Source of the DNA: Armatimonadota bacterium
GTDB taxonomy: Bacteria; Armatimonadota; Fimbriimonadia; Fimbriimonadales; Fimbriimonadaceae
Reading direction: 5' to 3'
NCBI GenBank assembly: GCA_031400935.1
Contig: JANNQV010000028.1
Location: forward strand, 124,001-188,000
DNA: 64,000 nucleotides
In this document: positions 27,167 through 38,060 of the stretch, in pieces
Numbering within the stretch: the first letter of the stretch is position 1
How the letters are laid out: every line of letters starts with the position of its first letter
Made by a program: the position numbers and the translations under genes
The notes under the pieces: generated by a model
The model's database searches: none
Told to the model about the DNA's origin: nothing
The model's input: the letters and a program-made list of their open reading frames with translations, nothing else

Positions 27167-29854
27167 CTACCTATTCTTCCTTGCAACTGCTTTCGAGCCT
27201 TTTCGACGAACTACTCTCTTTGAGCGAGTGGATGGGCCTGCTTCACGCTTCTTTCGCAAAAGGTCCTGTGCATCGCTTGCAGATAGTGTTGCTGGGTCAA
27301 GCGACTTCGGAATCGTGGCGTTGGTCGTTCCATCTGTGACATAAGGTCCAAATCGGCCCGGAAGAACCTTTACCGGTCCTGCACAATCTGGCAGTTCGCC
27401 AAATTCTTGAATCGGTCCCGCACTCTGGCGCGAAGCCCGGGCAGAAGCCATTTTGTCCATGGCGAGGACTTCGACAGCCTCAGCAATGGTCATTTTGGGT
27501 GAATGCCGCCAGTTTTCATAGTTGCGAATGACCTTTCCGCTTTGAATGTAAGGCCCGTATTTTCCAATTCGAAACAGAATCGGCTCGCCCAATTCTGGGT
27601 GAATACCAATTTCAATTGGCATTTGACACAGCATGTCAAGGTCTTCCTTTGAGAGATCTCTTGGATCGGTTTCTGGAGGCACTGAAACCCAAGTTGGCTT
27701 CAATTTGTCAGTGATCTCCTGTTCCGTTCGTTCGACTTCTAAGTAGAATCCGCCCCTCTGTTTCAGCAAGAGATTTCTGCCCGTTTGGGGATGAATTCCA
27801 ACCGATTCCAATTCGGGCCGAGCAGCAGAAAAGAGCTTTATGGCTTCGGCGACATTCAATTCAGCGGGAGGCATATCGTCTGGCACGTTTGCGAATCGCT
27901 TTGACGAGGCTTCGCCTAGCTGGAGAAATGGATCGCCGCCTTTGCCAACTCGAACGATAATCGGCTCGCCGGAATCCGGATGATTTCCAATCGTGACATT
28001 GGCGAAAGGTATATCAGCTTTTCGGTTATCAACGGCCTCTTTCAGACCTATTGATCCGTTTCCACCTAGAAAGAAATCACGCAAATAAGTCCTAGAGTCT
28101 TGTTTTCCTCCGGCAATCTCGTCCAAAGTTTCATCCATTTTTGCTGTAAATCGCAGGTCTGAGAACTCGGAAAAATGGTTGTCAAGAACTTCTACAACGA
28201 GAAAGGCCGTAAAGGTTGGCACTAACTCACGCGCTTTTTTCCAAACATAGCCTCGATCCACGATGACTGAAATAATCTGGGCATAAGTTGACGGCCTGCC
28301 AATTCCCAAGTCTTCTAAAGCCTTGATTAAAGATGCATCCGTGAATCGAGCAGGCGGTTTTGTTTCGTGTCTCGCTGAATCAACCGAAATGAGCATGACC
28401 TCGTCGCCAACTTTCATCGCTGGAAGGATACGTTCCTTTCCTTCCAATTCTGCATCGGCATCGTCCACATCCTCGACGTATGCGAGCAAAAATCCAGGAA
28501 ATGTAATCTGCTTTCCCGATGCCCCAAAAACCAGAGATTTCTTGGTTACTTCAGCTTCGATTTCAACTTGAGTTCGTTGGACTTCAGCTGGCTTCATTTG
28601 ACTCGCCAGTGTTCGCCTGTAAATTAGGTCGTAGAGCTTAAAATGGGATTCGCTCAACGCCAATAGGGATTGACGCATTGAGTCTGGCGAGCGTTGGAAA
28701 TCTGTGGGGCGGATCGCTTCATGGGCTTCTTGTGCGTTTGCAACTTTGCTCGCATATCGGTGTGGCTTTGTAGGCAAGTATTCAGCCCCGAACCGGTCCC
28801 GGATCACATCTCTCGCTTGCTGAACAGCCGATTCGGCGAGGCTCAAGCTGTCTGTCCTCATATAAGTGATCAAACCAACTCGCTCGCCACCGAAATCTAC
28901 ACCTTCATAGAGGTCTTGGGCAATTCGCATGGTTCGGTCCGCGGGGAACCCAAACTTTCTGTTTGCTTCCTGTTGGAGTGTCGTGGTCCGAAATGGCGCT
29001 GGCTGCTTTTCTTGGCCCGGGTTTGTCTCAATTGACAAAATTGTCCACGGTTTTGCCGCTTTGGCGGACTCTGCAAAGTTCCCTGCTGCCGACTCATCAA
29101 GAAGCAATACCTTTTTTGAATTCAGTTCTCCAGTTAACTCGTCGAAATCCTTGCCCGTCGCGAGATTTTGGCTCTCAATTCGTTTGAGTACTATGCCGAA
29201 CTGCTGGCCTTTTGCCTCCACTTCTGCCTTCAAATCCCAATAAATCGAGATCACAAAGTCTCTACGCCGCCTTTCTCGTTCGACGATCAGCTTGACCGCG
29301 GGACTTTGAACTCTTCCGGCAGAAAGCTCTTTTGCCACCTTGCTCCACAAAACTGGCGACAATGTATAACCATAAAGCCGGTCCAAAATTCGCCTTGCTT
29401 CTTGGGCCTCGACCAACCGCTCATCAATTGGTCTCGGGTTTTTGAGAGCATCAAGAATGGCGCTTTTCGTTATTTCGTGGAAAGCGATTCGGTGTACCTT
29501 AACTCCTTTTTTTGGCTTTAGCACAGCAAGCAAATGCCAAGAAATAGATTCGCCTTCACGATCCTCGTCAGTTGCGAGCACGATTTCATCCATTCCTACG
29601 AGTGCTTTTTTGAGCTTGTCAACATATCGTGACTTTTCACTTGGCACCTCATAAAACGGTTCAAAATTATTGTCAACATCTACTGCAAAATCTGCCCACC
29701 ATTTCTTTCGGTGTTCCTCTGGCAAGCCCTTTCGGTTTGCAGGAAGGTCTCGAATATGCCCTACGCTCGCTTCAACTTGGTATGAGGAGTCTAAGAATCG
29801 GCTGATCGTTTTTGCTTTTGCTGGAGATTCGACGATGACGAGAGTTTTTGCCAT
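27167..29854 (-). CDS. topA: DNA topoisomerase I with Zn-free C-terminal repeats
   Basis: LVIVESPAKA, ATDEDREGE, SAGRVQS, ITYMRTD, GRPSTY, G[KR][YF]GPY repeats. Confidence 0.98.
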   Translation of the reverse strand: MAKTLVIVESPAKAKTISRFLDSSYQVEASVGHIRDLPANRKGLPEEHRKKWWADFAVDVDNNFEPFYEVPSEKSRYVDKLKKALVGMDEIVLATDEDREGESISWHLLAVLKPKKGVKVHRIAFHEITKSAILDALKNPRPIDERLVEAQEARRILDRLYGYTLSPVLWSKVAKELSAGRVQSPAVKLIVERERRRRDFVISIYWDLKAEVEAKGQQFGIVLKRIESQNLATGKDFDELTGELNSKKVLLLDESAAGNFAESAKAAKPWTILSIETNPGQEKQPAPFRTTTLQQEANRKFGFPADRTMRIAQDLYEGVDFGGERVGLITYMRTDSLSLAESAVQQARDVIRDRFGAEYLPTKPHRYASKVANAQEAHEAIRPTDFQRSPDSMRQSLLALSESHFKLYDLIYRRTLASQMKPAEVQRTQVEIEAEVTKKSLVFGASGKQITFPGFLLAYVEDVDDADAELEGKERILPAMKVGDEVMLISVDSARHETKPPARFTDASLIKALEDLGIGRPSTYAQIISVIVDRGYVWKKARELVPTFTAFLVVEVLDNHFSEFSDLRFTAKMDETLDEIAGGKQDSRTYLRDFFLGGNGSIGLKEAVDNRKADIPFANVTIGNHPDSGEPIIVRVGKGGDPFLQLGEASSKRFANVPDDMPPAELNVAEAIKLFSAARPELESVGIHPQTGRNLLLKQRGGFYLEVERTEQEITDKLKPTWVSVPPETDPRDLSKEDLDMLCQMPIEIGIHPELGEPILFRIGKYGPYIQSGKVIRNYENWRHSPKMTIAEAVEVLAMDKMASARASRQSAGPIQEFGELPDCAGPVKVLPGRFGPYVTDGTTNATIPKSLDPATLSASDAQDLLRKKREAGPSTRSKRVVRRKGSKAVARKNR

Positions 29855-30002
29855 TTTATTAGTGCGCTATTTTTAACGGAAGTGGTTCAGAAAGGCTGCC
29901 CGACACAATGATGTCAGGGCAATTTCTAGGTGTCAAGACGCTCAATATACTCTTTTATAGCAAGAATCCGATTTTCGACGTACAATACAGTGAGTTGCAA
30001 GC

Positions 30003-31451
30003 ATGAAATCAATTCGCACTTTGTTGTTGTCCTCTATTTTTGTGCTGGCATTTCCTCCAAGCCTAGCTGTTGCTGAAGATTCGTATTTGGGACTCTTTAT
30101 TCAAGGCCAGCGGATAGGATACGTTTCAAGCAGCGAAGAACCTACAACCTTGAACGGCAAACCGGCAAAAGTCACTCGATCGAGAACGTACATGGACGCA
30201 GGACTTTTGGGAGCCGCCTTGGTCACTGTCATTGATCAAACCACTTGGGTTGGAAGCGACGGTCGCCCAATTCTTGTCAAGTTCTCGATGACGAGTTCGG
30301 GAAGGTCACAAAAAGTTGAAGCGAACTTCAATTCTGGTGACGTGCGAATTGCAATCAACAATAATGGAGCACGAACCACAAAAGTTCTGCCGATTCCAAA
30401 AGACTTGCCAATAGTAGATGACGCGCTGAATTCTTTGTTCTCGGGATCGGTTCAACCAGGGCAATTCAAAGAATTCTATGTATTAGATTCCATGACTGCC
30501 ACTTTTGTCAAAAATAAGGCGACCGCTAATGGAGTCTCAAAGGTTCAGATTGATGGCATCGAAACTACGGCTCAAACAGTTTTAATTGCTGAGCCTCGAA
30601 TGTCCATGACGGTCTATCTTTCCTTAAAGGGCGATTTCCTCCAGGCTACAGCAATGGGCGGCATGCTTCTAAAGCCAATTTCAAAAGAGGAAGCCTTGAA
30701 GCCTTCTGAAGGCGGTACGCCTGTAGATTTAGCCGAAGTAACTCGAATTCCGGTTGCAGGGATGACAGAAACTCCGTCCAACCTTCGTTCGGCAACGTAT
30801 CGGTTCACCGGAGGCGATCTTTCAAGAGTTCCCACCGATGCCAGCCAGTCCATCAAAAAGGAAGCCAAAGGATGGCTAGTTACGATTCGCCCTGCGGTCG
30901 CAGTTTCGAGGCCAGAATTTAGAACAATTGCTTCTCTTGCAAAGGCGCAGCCAGCTTGGATTCAGCCTGGGCTTCATATTGCTAGCAACGATCCAATATT
31001 GAGAAAACAAGCCCTCCAAATTTTAGGCAAAGAAACGTCACCGATTTTGGGAGCAAAACGTCTCGGAAAAGCCGTCAATAAGATGATGAACCCAAATGCG
31101 GGAATTGGAGTCTTACGGGATGCAACAGAAATACTCCTGACAAAGGAGGGGGTATGCCGCGATTACGCAATCCTGACTGCTAGTTTTTTGCGAGCCGCAA
31201 AAATCCCTGCCCGGTTAGTCAGCGGGCTTGTGTATGACAATGAAGCATTCTATTATCATGCTTGGGTCGAATCTTGGGATGGAAAGGAGTGGTTTGGCAT
31301 AGACACAACTCGTTCAGATTTGGCAGTGACTCCGGGACATATTAAGTTGGCCCAAGGATCTGTAGAGGACGCATTTCTGTTTACATTTCTTGATCAGACC
31401 AGAGTCCAAGTACTTCGGACCGAGAAAACGAAGAAGGAGATCAGGAATTGA
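30003..31451 (+). CDS. Secreted transglutaminase-like protein
   Basis: Cys-His-Asp triad motifs GVCRDYA, YHAWVE, IDTT; signal peptide. Confidence 0.88.
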   Translation: MKSIRTLLLSSIFVLAFPPSLAVAEDSYLGLFIQGQRIGYVSSSEEPTTLNGKPAKVTRSRTYMDAGLLGAALVTVIDQTTWVGSDGRPILVKFSMTSSGRSQKVEANFNSGDVRIAINNNGARTTKVLPIPKDLPIVDDALNSLFSGSVQPGQFKEFYVLDSMTATFVKNKATANGVSKVQIDGIETTAQTVLIAEPRMSMTVYLSLKGDFLQATAMGGMLLKPISKEEALKPSEGGTPVDLAEVTRIPVAGMTETPSNLRSATYRFTGGDLSRVPTDASQSIKKEAKGWLVTIRPAVAVSRPEFRTIASLAKAQPAWIQPGLHIASNDPILRKQALQILGKETSPILGAKRLGKAVNKMMNPNAGIGVLRDATEILLTKEGVCRDYAILTASFLRAAKIPARLVSGLVYDNEAFYYHAWVESWDGKEWFGIDTTRSDLAVTPGHIKLAQGSVEDAFLFTFLDQTRVQVLRTEKTKKEIRN

Positions 31452-32602
31452 CTCGGGGCCAGAAAATTTTTATAGCCCTGTTTGCTATTGCAAGCGGAGT
31501 TGGATTCGGTTTCGGAAGTCCGGCGGCAGTTCAAAAAGTATACGATTGGAATGCCAAGATCGAAAATCCATCGGGTATTCCTCAGATATATCCTGCGGCC
31601 ACCAGTTTCTCAAATATTGCCACTGGCGTCTTTCTAGGCATTGTATTTGGAGCACTAGTTGGCTCCCGACTCACCAGATTGTGGGAGTATTTTGGAGTTA
31701 AGTGGGAAGCCTTTGACAGGGGCGACAAAGTAAATATTGTTGTGGGAATCTTTGGCGGCTTAATTGCAAGCACACCAATCGTAACGTTGATAGGCTCTTT
31801 GAATCTAGGGCAATATCACTTCGTCGCATTGTTTGGAATTTGGCTCGGTTGCGTTAGCGCAACGGTATACGCTCTACATTCGATGGGAGATGTGTTGCCT
31901 TGGGCGAAAGAGAGCGGCCAGGCAAAACGGCGCGGGATAAAGATTCTCGACACCAATATCCTTATTGATGGCAGAATCTACGATATTGCCCGGACCGGGT
32001 TCCTAGACGGACAGCTTTACGTTCCCAGATTTGTTTTAGAAGAGCTCCAATATATTGCCGACAGTCACGATGCGCTACGGCGACAAAGAGGCAGAAGGGG
32101 ACTGGATGTTTTGCGAATGCTCCAAGCGGATTATCCCACCGAAGTGGGCACCCAAGACAAGATGGCACCCGATGTTGGCGATGAAGTGGACTCGCGGCTT
32201 GTTCGACTTGCCCGCGCCATGGGTGCAGATATTGTGACAAACGACTTCAACCTGAACCGCGTAGCGAGCCTTCAACAGGTAAGAGTTTTGAACCTAAATG
32301 ACTTAGCATTGGCGATTCGGCCAAACGTTCTTCCCTCTGAAGGTTTGGCGTTGACTATTGTTCGAGAAGGCAGCCAGTCTGGCCAAGGAATAGGATATAT
32401 GGAAGACGGCACAATGGTGGTGGTTGAGAACGGAAGGAGTCATGTCGGTCAAACAGTTGATGTGACGGTAATTCAAGTCATTCAAACGGAACGAGGAAAG
32501 ATGATTTTTGGTGAAATTGAAGAGGAAGATCCTAATGCTTCGTCGAATTCATATTCACAGGGTAACGATCCCAGTCATCGAGCAGCGAAAAGGCACGAAT
32601 AG
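31448..32602 (+). CDS. PIN/TRAM domain membrane protein (YacL-like)
   Basis: KILDTNILIDGRI, TNDFNLN, GYMEDGTMVVVE; lies upstream of ispDF as in Firmicutes. Confidence 0.93.
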   Translation: MTRGQKIFIALFAIASGVGFGFGSPAAVQKVYDWNAKIENPSGIPQIYPAATSFSNIATGVFLGIVFGALVGSRLTRLWEYFGVKWEAFDRGDKVNIVVGIFGGLIASTPIVTLIGSLNLGQYHFVALFGIWLGCVSATVYALHSMGDVLPWAKESGQAKRRGIKILDTNILIDGRIYDIARTGFLDGQLYVPRFVLEELQYIADSHDALRRQRGRRGLDVLRMLQADYPTEVGTQDKMAPDVGDEVDSRLVRLARAMGADIVTNDFNLNRVASLQQVRVLNLNDLALAIRPNVLPSEGLALTIVREGSQSGQGIGYMEDGTMVVVENGRSHVGQTVDVTVIQVIQTERGKMIFGEIEEEDPNASSNSYSQGNDPSHRAAKRHE

Positions 32603-32611
32603 ACCTTACAA

Positions 32612-33748
32612 ATGAGCGTATATGCCGCGATTTTGGCAGCCGGAAAAGGCACCCGATTTGGTGCCGACAAAATTTCTTTGCTCGTTCGCGGAAAGCCCGT
32701 TTGGAAATGGTCGTACGATTCGTTACTTTCTCATAAACTTATCAAGGGTGTGGGAATTGTTTGTGCTCCAAAAGACATTGACGAATTTCGAGAAATTGCA
32801 CCCGAAGCACTATTCGTAACTGCTGGCGGTAGACATCGAATGGAAAGCTCGCGCAATGCCCTTGATGCGCTTCCTTCGGACGCAGATATCATTCTGATTC
32901 AAGATGCTGCGCGCCCATTTGTGGATTCCAATGTAGTAGACCGGCTTATCGTCGCAACCCAAGAATTTGGTGCCGCCGCACCAGCCATTGATGTTCCAGA
33001 CACCGTTCGACTGGTTCAACCCAATGATCAGGCAAAAGTATTGAACAGAAATCTATTGAGAGCGATGCAGACTCCCCAAGCAGCAAACGTTGAACTACTG
33101 CGTAAGGCATTTGCGATGGAGAATTGTGAAACAGTGACGGATGAAATGTCGCTCATTGAGGCCATTGGCGAAGTTCCAACGCTTGTCGAAGGGCATCCCG
33201 ATTCCTTCAAAATCACTCTCCCATCAGACTTGGCGAGGTTTGCCGCTCTTCTCGGCCCACCAGAAGTAAGAACAGGATTTGGCTACGATGTTCACCGATT
33301 CTCTTCCGACCGTTCACGAAAGCTCATGCTGGGAGGAATTCATTTTGAGGGTGAACCTGCTCTCGAAGGGCATTCAGATGCAGATGCTGTGCTGCACGCA
33401 ATTGTTGACGCCCTACTAGGAGCGGCTGGACTCGGCGATATTGGCGTCCATTTTCCAAATACGGAACCAATGTGGGGCGGAGAGCCTTCGGTGACTTTTT
33501 TGCGCCACGCTAGAATACTCTTAGAGGAATCTGGCTGGAAAGTGAAGAACATTGATGTTACAGTTGTCGCCGAAACGCCGAAAGTTATGGGGCGAGCCAG
33601 CGAGTTGCGAGAGCTTTGGTCACATGAGCTTGGCCTAACAGAATTTCAAGTCAATTTGAAAGCAACAACAAACGAGGGAATGGGTGCGATTGGCCGTAGT
33701 GAAGGCATAGCGGCTTACGCAGTCGCAACAATCGTTCAGTTTCCTTAA
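32612..33748 (+). CDS. ispDF: Bifunctional IspD/IspF
   Basis: LAAGKGTRF, DAARP, MQTPQ, followed by GYDVH, HSDAD, KATTNE. Confidence 0.95.
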   Translation: MSVYAAILAAGKGTRFGADKISLLVRGKPVWKWSYDSLLSHKLIKGVGIVCAPKDIDEFREIAPEALFVTAGGRHRMESSRNALDALPSDADIILIQDAARPFVDSNVVDRLIVATQEFGAAAPAIDVPDTVRLVQPNDQAKVLNRNLLRAMQTPQAANVELLRKAFAMENCETVTDEMSLIEAIGEVPTLVEGHPDSFKITLPSDLARFAALLGPPEVRTGFGYDVHRFSSDRSRKLMLGGIHFEGEPALEGHSDADAVLHAIVDALLGAAGLGDIGVHFPNTEPMWGGEPSVTFLRHARILLEESGWKVKNIDVTVVAETPKVMGRASELRELWSHELGLTEFQVNLKATTNEGMGAIGRSEGIAAYAVATIVQFP

Positions 33749-33757
33749 GGAGAAGCT

Positions 33758-34297
33758 ATGGAAGTAGTTGTACGAAACGCAGACGGTAAGGTCTCAGACA
33801 AGGACCGAGAATATGCCGTAAAGAAGCTAGGTCAGCTCGACCGATACTTCAACAAAGCTCAAAAACTCGAGCTGGTTCATCGGGAAGAAAAACTGGGGCA
33901 TCAGCTCGAAATCACAGTGTTCGCCGACGGCATGACGATTCGTGGTGAGGAGTACGATCCATCCATGACCGCAGCAATTGATCGGCTTCATGATAAGCTC
34001 GAATCGAGGCTTCGCAAGTTCAAAGGGCGACTTGTAGATCGGCACAGAAGGAACGGCCACAAAGTACCCACTGCCTTTGCTGAAGAATCACATATCGAGG
34101 AGGAAATTGAGCCACGAGTCGTCGTTTCAGAGCATAAGCATTTCCTTTTGAAACCGATGTCTCGCGAAGAAGCGGCTTTGCAGATGGAAATGGTTGACCT
34201 GGCGTTTTACGTTTTCAAAAACGAAGACAATGGGATTTTTGAAGTGCTTTACAAGCGTAAGAATGGTAGCTACGGGCTGATGCATCCAGAGGCGTAG
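33758..34297 (+). CDS. hpf: Ribosome hibernation factor, long HPF/RaiA
   Basis: AAID...KLE.RLRKFK; C-terminal KPMSREEAALQM..FYVF..VLYKRKNG.YGL. Confidence 0.93.
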   Translation: MEVVVRNADGKVSDKDREYAVKKLGQLDRYFNKAQKLELVHREEKLGHQLEITVFADGMTIRGEEYDPSMTAAIDRLHDKLESRLRKFKGRLVDRHRRNGHKVPTAFAEESHIEEEIEPRVVVSEHKHFLLKPMSREEAALQMEMVDLAFYVFKNEDNGIFEVLYKRKNGSYGLMHPEA

Positions 34298-34380
34298 TAC
34301 GTGCATGGTGGGCATTTGGGTATGGCCGTTGTCCTAGTAACAATTGGACCAGTACGCGCTAGGAACAACTTACAACAAAA

Positions 34381-36483
34381 TCAGAATTCAGTAACTTCAT
34401 TCTCTTTGACCTCGACTCTAAATGTCCTAGTTCCGACCTTCAAGTGATATTCTCCGATAGGCAGGGCGATGATCTGTCCGCCCTGAATTTTCATGACCAG
34501 CTGATCCTTTGAGTCGTGGATCGCGAGCTGGTTTGCGTAGTCAGCGGTCGAGTGCAATGCTCCGAGCAAAATGCGCGTCGCGTGCCCTGCTGTGACGGGC
34601 ACATCCAGTAACCACATGCCGTTGATTCTCATGTCGTATCTGCCTTCCAACACGCGGTGCTCCGATTTGAAGAACTCGTGATACTCGTCCGATTCGTGTT
34701 TACCTGGCAAGTAAACGTAAATCGCCTGGTACGTTGAACTAGTCTTTTCGTGCCATTTAGTACGGACAATGCCATTTCGCCCCAACGCCCCAGAGTCAGG
34801 CTCAATGACCCAAGGGTTTTTCGCTCCAGCCTGTACAGGAGTGTCTTTGCCACTACGGGTTCCTGTCCATGAACCAGCATTCGTATCCGGAGTGTCGGTC
34901 GAGCTCCACGTCCCCGTGAAGGAGTTGCCAGTAGGCGACAGTTTGAACAAGGCCGAGCCGCATGAGCCGTTGACAGTTTGTACCCATGTTAGCCGCAGCG
35001 TATTGCCTCGCACGATTCCGTCAATGTGGCCACCCTTTGCCTGGTCCTCATAAGTTCCTCTAACAAGGTCACCCTTCTGGGTTAGGATCATTTTGCCGCT
35101 AGTTGTCTCCCAGTTGCCGGCAAAGTTGCCGCCTTGAACTCCTGTCGGGAAAAGCCCTTTGCGAACTCCGCCCCATAGCGTGCCAGCAGCGTCGGGATCG
35201 CTGCCGCTGTTCCACATTCCAATGAAGCCGTTGCCGCTTTCTGAGAGCTTGAACTTTCCGGACCCACCTAATTTGTCCTCTTGATGCAGCCAGGTAAAGC
35301 GCATAACGTTACCCGACACAAGCCCATCAACGAGACCGTCCTTGTAAACGTATTTGCCTGTGACGCTAGTGCCCTTTTGACGTAATTCCATAGCACCATA
35401 GTTTGTTATCCAGCCGCCGTCGAAACCAGTCGGCTCTAGCTTGGTTGCTCCCACAAGGGGATCGGTAGGCTTGTCTACGCCGAGGCCAAAGGTTTCATTG
35501 CCCAATCGAAACTCGAAGTTCAACGAATATGCATCAATCTGAGCCTTTCGAACTGATTCCTTTACATTGGGTGTCGGCCGAAGAAATGCGATCTTTCCTT
35601 CTGGAGTCCAGCCGAGGCATACGACTCCAACGCTGTCTGATGACGGTCCAATTCTCTTGAATCCGGTGCCATCGGGTTTGATCAAGCACACCTGTGTGGG
35701 TGAACTTGTTGTAAATGCGATCCACAGACCGTCTTTGGAAAAATGTGCTCCGGATAAAGAAGGCAATCCAGCAGGCGTTATGTCTTGCCTGACGCCATTC
35801 TTGTCAAAGATGAATAGTTTGGAATTAGAAACGAGCAAGGTTTTTTTTCCTTGCGACGTAAAGTCCCCACATTGAGTTTGGGTATTTCCCGCGCCGGGCC
35901 CAAACACACGCAAAGCCTTATCTAGGGTGAAACTGTAGAAGAATACGCCTAGGTTCTGTTCATCGCCGTTGTCACCAGTAAGATTCCTCCCCGTAAAGAA
36001 GGGCGTAGTGCCGTCGTCGCCCCACCAGCAAGTTTCATAGGCCTGCTTAGCGTTTATGGGCAACAGCCTATCGTCGGAGCCGTCCAACTTCATAACATGA
36101 ACACGCGTGCCCGTCAAATAGGCGATGCGCGAGCCGTCCTTGCTTATTGATGCTTTTAACTGGAATCCCGGCTTGCGGATGCGAGTTTCCGTTTTGGTCT
36201 CGAAATTGTAAACGTAGACGTCATTTTCCGCATCTATTGCCCGAAGATAAACGGTGCGGCGCAATTTGTTTTCGGACCAGTCGAGAGATCTGGCAAAGGG
36301 GATATTCTGTGCGATCGTCTCGATCTTCGTCCCGCTAAGATCCATCGTGCAGACTTGCCAAGTCGGTAGTTCTTGGGTACGGATTGCAATGTCGTCAAGG
36401 CTCGAAAAGCCTACCGATGCAACTATGGTAGTCACCGCAAACGGCAATACGATAAGAATGATTGGATAAAAGTTACTCTTCAA
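34381..36483 (-). CDS. Secreted multidomain protein: TolB/PD40-like propeller, two beta-barrel repeats, C-terminal beta domain
   Basis: SKDGSRIAY, FSKDGLWIAF, WTPEGKIAF; repeats FDGGWITNYG.MEL / FAGNWETTSG.MIL; AGGAGG RBS. Confidence 0.75.
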   Translation of the reverse strand: MKSNFYPIILIVLPFAVTTIVASVGFSSLDDIAIRTQELPTWQVCTMDLSGTKIETIAQNIPFARSLDWSENKLRRTVYLRAIDAENDVYVYNFETKTETRIRKPGFQLKASISKDGSRIAYLTGTRVHVMKLDGSDDRLLPINAKQAYETCWWGDDGTTPFFTGRNLTGDNGDEQNLGVFFYSFTLDKALRVFGPGAGNTQTQCGDFTSQGKKTLLVSNSKLFIFDKNGVRQDITPAGLPSLSGAHFSKDGLWIAFTTSSPTQVCLIKPDGTGFKRIGPSSDSVGVVCLGWTPEGKIAFLRPTPNVKESVRKAQIDAYSLNFEFRLGNETFGLGVDKPTDPLVGATKLEPTGFDGGWITNYGAMELRQKGTSVTGKYVYKDGLVDGLVSGNVMRFTWLHQEDKLGGSGKFKLSESGNGFIGMWNSGSDPDAAGTLWGGVRKGLFPTGVQGGNFAGNWETTSGKMILTQKGDLVRGTYEDQAKGGHIDGIVRGNTLRLTWVQTVNGSCGSALFKLSPTGNSFTGTWSSTDTPDTNAGSWTGTRSGKDTPVQAGAKNPWVIEPDSGALGRNGIVRTKWHEKTSSTYQAIYVYLPGKHESDEYHEFFKSEHRVLEGRYDMRINGMWLLDVPVTAGHATRILLGALHSTADYANQLAIHDSKDQLVMKIQGGQIIALPIGEYHLKVGTRTFRVEVKENEVTEF

Positions 36484-36606
36484 CTTCTTCCTCCTATCGC
36501 CATTGTAGCGCAGATTGGAGTCGCGCCTTCAATTCATTGTCACCGTCTTTGTGCCATTTCTTTATTGCGTTTAGTTTTGCGAATAACTACGCTACAATAG
36601 GATTGC

Positions 36607-37830
36607 ATGCGAACATGGATATTGCTTCTAGCACTTTCTGGAATGATGATCGCCGCCAGCGGTTGGACAAGAGTGACCAACACTCGATCAGCGTTCTTGC
36701 CTGCCTTCGCTCAGGCAAAGGTCAAATGTGCAAACCCATCATGTAAAAAGCCCAACAAGGCGACGAACAACGCATGCGAGAATTGCGGGCAAGCGCTCTA
36801 CGAAAACGTGAACATTTGCAAAGAAAGGAACCTCAAAGCCAACGGTTTCTGCAGAAACACGGAAATCAAGCGGCTTGCGAGATCGGAAAAGCGGGCTAAG
36901 TGCACGACTCACAAAGCTTCTGCCCCCAATGAACGCATCGTTAGAGTCAAAGTCTGCCCATTATCGCATCTCGAAGCCAACGACGAATGCCCAACCTATG
37001 ATGTGATTGAGTTTCCAGAGTCTAAGAGGCCAAACACTTGCGACAAGCACTTTGCTTCGGAAGCGACGGTTTTAGTAGACGTCTGCAAAGAATCGGGGAA
37101 GAAGGCGACCTCGTTTTGCGTAGATACAGAACCAAGAAGGATTCCAAAGTCGAAAGCTGACATAGACTGCGATATTGATACGCACAGAGTCAAAGTTGAT
37201 CCAAAAAACGATCCAGCAAGCAGGACACCTAGACTACGATGGAAAGTGGGTGACCGAATCGAGCGCACACTCACAGTATCAGGCGAGGTGGAGCTTGAAC
37301 AGATGGTTGGCACGATGACTTCCATCGAAACTATAACTGCCGCTAATTCGCAAGACTATACAGTGAAGTCTGTAACGAGTGGCAAGATGACAGTTGCCGG
37401 CATAGAAATAGACGTTCCAAGTAGCGAGCAAACCCAAAGATTGTTCTTAAACGGAGCGCTGGCCGAAGTTATTGGACTAGAATCGGAATTTGAAACTTCC
37501 ATGTTTGGGTTCATTGTTTTGCCTGACCGACCGTTCACAGACGGCCTGAAATGGAATTATTTATTGCCAAAGGCAATTTCACGTGGGCCGTACGATTTGA
37601 ATCACGAATTCGTTGCGCAAACAAGGGAAACCATTGACGGCCAATCTTGTTACAGGGTTACAGCCACCTTCCGTGAAAATGGCGGCATCGGTACCGGGCG
37701 AGGGACGTTTTGGATTAGCTTGAATGATTTTGATGCAGTACGAGCAGAATGCGCTTTTTCGAATTGCACGGTGAGCGAGGGCGTTATAATGAATTCGTTG
37801 AAAATCTCGATGACCCGCAAGAAGCGTTGA
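36607..37830 (+). CDS. Secreted protein with a zinc-ribbon-like motif and three Cys-rich repeats
   Basis: Signal peptide; CANPSC..CENCG; three VxVC-x10-C-x16-C-x2-(H/D) units. Confidence 0.75.
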   Translation: MRTWILLLALSGMMIAASGWTRVTNTRSAFLPAFAQAKVKCANPSCKKPNKATNNACENCGQALYENVNICKERNLKANGFCRNTEIKRLARSEKRAKCTTHKASAPNERIVRVKVCPLSHLEANDECPTYDVIEFPESKRPNTCDKHFASEATVLVDVCKESGKKATSFCVDTEPRRIPKSKADIDCDIDTHRVKVDPKNDPASRTPRLRWKVGDRIERTLTVSGEVELEQMVGTMTSIETITAANSQDYTVKSVTSGKMTVAGIEIDVPSSEQTQRLFLNGALAEVIGLESEFETSMFGFIVLPDRPFTDGLKWNYLLPKAISRGPYDLNHEFVAQTRETIDGQSCYRVTATFRENGGIGTGRGTFWISLNDFDAVRAECAFSNCTVSEGVIMNSLKISMTRKKR

Positions 37831-38060
37831 GAGTGAAGAATATTAGTCTCTATTGGCTCTGCGAAGAAGTAGTTTGTAGTTTGATGTCGGCAATTCGACA
37901 TCCCATAACCTCTCTATCAACTCCCCCTCTCGGCGCAATCATCTGGCATGGCGAGTAAGTTAGGCCTTCCGCCTTACCCCACTACTCCACAACAAGCAAG
38001 CAGTCAGTGGCGAAGTTTCTACAGTTCCTCGCCTATGGTATCGTTTCTTGACAAGCACAA

